Shown piece after piece: positions 43,809 to 45,662 of a DNA stretch of 45,662 nucleotides (positions are counted from its first letter, which is position 1; each line of letters begins with the position of its first letter). The stretch is taken from NCBI GenBank assembly GCA_018302505.1, contig JAGVZL010000052.1, positions 1 to 45,662 of the forward strand, in the 5' to 3' direction. Made by a program: the position numbers and the translations under genes. The notes beneath the pieces were generated by a model, which was given only the letters and a program-made list of their open reading frames with translations, did not search any database and was not told where the DNA came from. The stretch comes from Candidatus Woesearchaeota archaeon. GTDB taxonomy: Archaea > Nanobdellota > Nanobdellia > SCGC-AAA011-G17 > ARS1403.

Positions 43809-45662
43809 TTATTTATTCGAAATTCTTGTTTTCCTTCTAGGTTTTTTCTGTTGTTTCAGCATTCTTAATTTTCTCAAAGAAAAATTAACAGGGTTCTTGC
43901 ATTTACTGCAAATTTCTTCAGGGCATTTAATCCCCAAATCTGCATAATAAGCGGGGTTTGTGCAGTTAGGGGGCAAGATTTTTTCTTTATGTTGCCTGTG
44001 CCAGTTTAGTTGAGAAATAATATACCCTTCTTTCAAAGGCTCTCTGTTTTTTTGATTCCATTCTTTAACAATTTTTTCAATAGAATCCATGTCCCAGCTC
44101 AAACTCTTTAAGAAATTTAATAATATAAACAAAAATCTTTTCTTGCCATCCCCCATACCTTTCAATCCCATTTGGATGCAGGGGGGCCAATGTTCAGCCT
44201 TGACTGCCATTTGTGGCGTTTCAAACTCTCTTTTGGTTTTAATTTCTCCTTCAGGAAGGATAAACCTTTTTTTCTTTAAAGCATCAAATGCCTGCATTAT
44301 TAATTGCCCGGCTTCATAACCTTCAACTTTCTTAGGTAAAAAATCTCTATCAGTTTTCACATTTTCAATTTTAGCTATATTTAAATTAAAATTCTTTATA
44401 TTATTAGGATATATAGGAATACTCACAAGTCCTTTCTTTTCATTAAGGGAGTAAGAAGCTCGATATAAATGTCTTGAAGCAATCAAAACAGAATCTATTC
44501 CAACAACGGAAAATGGGTTAAAGATATTCTTTTCAAACAATTCTTCTTTTTTCTTATCAACAGCTTTAGCAATATCTTCTATTTTAGATAAATTAAGTAT
44601 TCTTTCTCTTAAAGGGTCTTTAATCATATTTTTTAGATATTCGGCAATTACTCTAACTCCTTCAGGGAATAAATCTTTAGTTTCTTTGCCGTCTACAGAA
44701 GGAGGAAAAGATTCAAAAGGAATGCCTATATGAAATCCACTACCTCCAGAAAATTTAACACCAATATTCTTGATATCGTGAAATTTTAAAGCTTCAACTA
44801 GTAGTTCTGTAGTTAGTTTAGAATATTCTAAAAACTTAGTATCTACATCTAAACAGTTATGAGTAAAAATTCCGTCTCCATGTAAAAAATTATGATATTT
44901 TTCAGTTTCTATATCATAAAATAATCCCCTATATTCAAAAACTTCTATTTTTTTAATTTTGATAGGAAATAAATCACTTTTAAGTATTTTGGATAAATAT
45001 TCATTAGCAGCTAATTTTGCTAATTTTTTATTCAGTCCAGATTTTAATCTTATAGCCCTATACAAATTACTTTGAATAATCCTATTTTTTAATAGTTTTA
45101 TCTTAGTTTTATCTAAAAAAGGTGGATAGATATTATGAATTGAAGGATGATTTATCTTCTTTCTGGTAAACTTTATATTTTTCTTATCTATAAAAGAGAT
45201 GCCACAACAACGATTAAATCTTTCAATACCTTCCTCTCCAGATATCCTAATAACGTTCTTTCTTTCACCATGTCTTGAGATATTATGATGAATTCCCATT
45301 TTCAAAAATAGAAATATTAGTCCATTCATCAAATCCCTACTCGCCGTTAAGGAAGATATACTAATTCCATAATTATTTGATTCTAATCTTGGATGACCAT
45401 CTCCTGTAAAATATCCCGAAAGAATTCCTCCAACAAAACCTGTAGGTGCAGAATATACCCAATAAGGAATTTTTTTACAAGTGGATAAATGACCAAAACC
45501 AAGAATATCTTTATAGATTATCGGAAGTAATGTATCACTAAATCTAACTTTTAAAGATTTATCTTTTTTATGTTTATGACTTATATTATATTTATAATTT
45601 GTTTTAAAAATTTTGTTAGTTAAATCTATTACCTCTTTAGCTTCTTTAATTTCTGAAATATT
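43809..45662 (-). CDS. priS: DNA primase, PriS catalytic domain fused to a PriL-like Cys-rich C-terminal domain, interrupted by an intein (5' end outside the window)
   Basis: The ORF track starts at TTG 45332, but my translation shows the frame stays open to the window edge. C-extein motifs are LDVD (motif I), FSGGSGFH (motif II) and IDSVLIASRHLYRASYSLNEKKG (motif III). These are followed by HWPPCIQ...PPNC...KCPEEICSKC. Confidence 0.8.
   Translation of the reverse strand, partial: NISEIKEAKEVIDLTNKIFKTNYKYNISHKHKKDKSLKVRFSDTLLPIIYKDILGFGHLSTCKKIPYWVYSAPTGFVGGILSGYFTGDGHPRLESNNYGISISSLTASRDLMNGLIFLFLKMGIHHNISRHGERKNVIRISGEEGIERFNRCCGISFIDKKNIKFTRKKINHPSIHNIYPPFLDKTKIKLLKNRIIQSNLYRAIRLKSGLNKKLAKLAANEYLSKILKSDLFPIKIKKIEVFEYRGLFYDIETEKYHNFLHGDGIFTHNCLDVDTKFLEYSKLTTELLVEALKFHDIKNIGVKFSGGSGFHIGIPFESFPPSVDGKETKDLFPEGVRVIAEYLKNMIKDPLRERILNLSKIEDIAKAVDKKKEELFEKNIFNPFSVVGIDSVLIASRHLYRASYSLNEKKGLVSIPIYPNNIKNFNLNIAKIENVKTDRDFLPKKVEGYEAGQLIMQAFDALKKKRFILPEGEIKTKREFETPQMAVKAEHWPPCIQMGLKGMGDGKKRFLFILLNFLKSLSWDMDSIEKIVKEWNQKNREPLKEGYIISQLNWHRQHKEKILPPNCTNPAYYADLGIKCPEEICSKCKNPVNFSLRKLRMLKQQKKPRRKTRISNK
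44856..45662 (-). mobile_element. Intein with LAGLIDADG homing-endonuclease domain (partial; N-terminal splicing region lies beyond the window)
   Basis: C-terminal splicing blocks: VFEYRGLFYDIETEKYHNFLHGDGIFTHN, followed by the +1 Cys (TGT at 44853-44855). The endonuclease motif GILSGYFTGDGH lies at about 45393-45431. At least 269 codons of intein are visible. Confidence 0.75.

Overview
This is a very AT-rich, gene-dense archaeal window; I did not compute base composition. I infer a small-genome, DPANN-like lineage. Archaeal hallmarks read directly from the translations are a membrane-inserted LonB, class I LysRS, Hjc, RadB, Cbf5, two XerA-type tyrosine recombinases, and a eukaryal/archaeal-type primase (PriS fused to a Cys-rich PriL-like C-terminal domain). 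TATA-like boxes also end about 19-23 nt before many ATGs, which suggests leaderless mRNAs. The housekeeping backbone is lonB, argS, ogg, nth, serS, topA, radB, a THUMP methyltransferase, lysK, acyP, hjc and metK. The stretch from about 5.2 to 19.7 kb looks like an accessory island. It holds two recombinase genes, two coiled-coil/wHTH genes flanking a repeat-rich intergenic region, RelE-like and Doc toxin-antitoxin pairs, a Fic protein, a RadC/JAB gene, an ASCH pseudogene, a translationally coupled MazG-like / DUF2075 nuclease-helicase pair, and a run of orphan genes whose amino-acid composition differs from the backbone. The observations most worth follow-up are listed here. (1) The MazG + PD-(D/E)xK/Schlafen-type helicase module is a candidate defence system. 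(2) A LAGLIDADG intein is inserted directly in front of the catalytic DxD motif of the fused primase; it is cut by the window edge. (3) An (AAGC)8 tetranucleotide tract lies inside a wHTH gene, next to a CpG-rich palindrome/iteron cluster. (4) cbf5 is disrupted by a short internal deletion plus a frameshift. (5) A free-standing LAGLIDADG gene is wedged against lysK. (6) A bacterial-type metK and a dNK-like kinase look foreign by composition. (7) A surface-protein module combines lamin-tail and thrombospondin-type-3 repeats. I recognised no rRNA, tRNA or CRISPR array. All family assignments come from motif recognition by eye and need HMM or BLAST confirmation.
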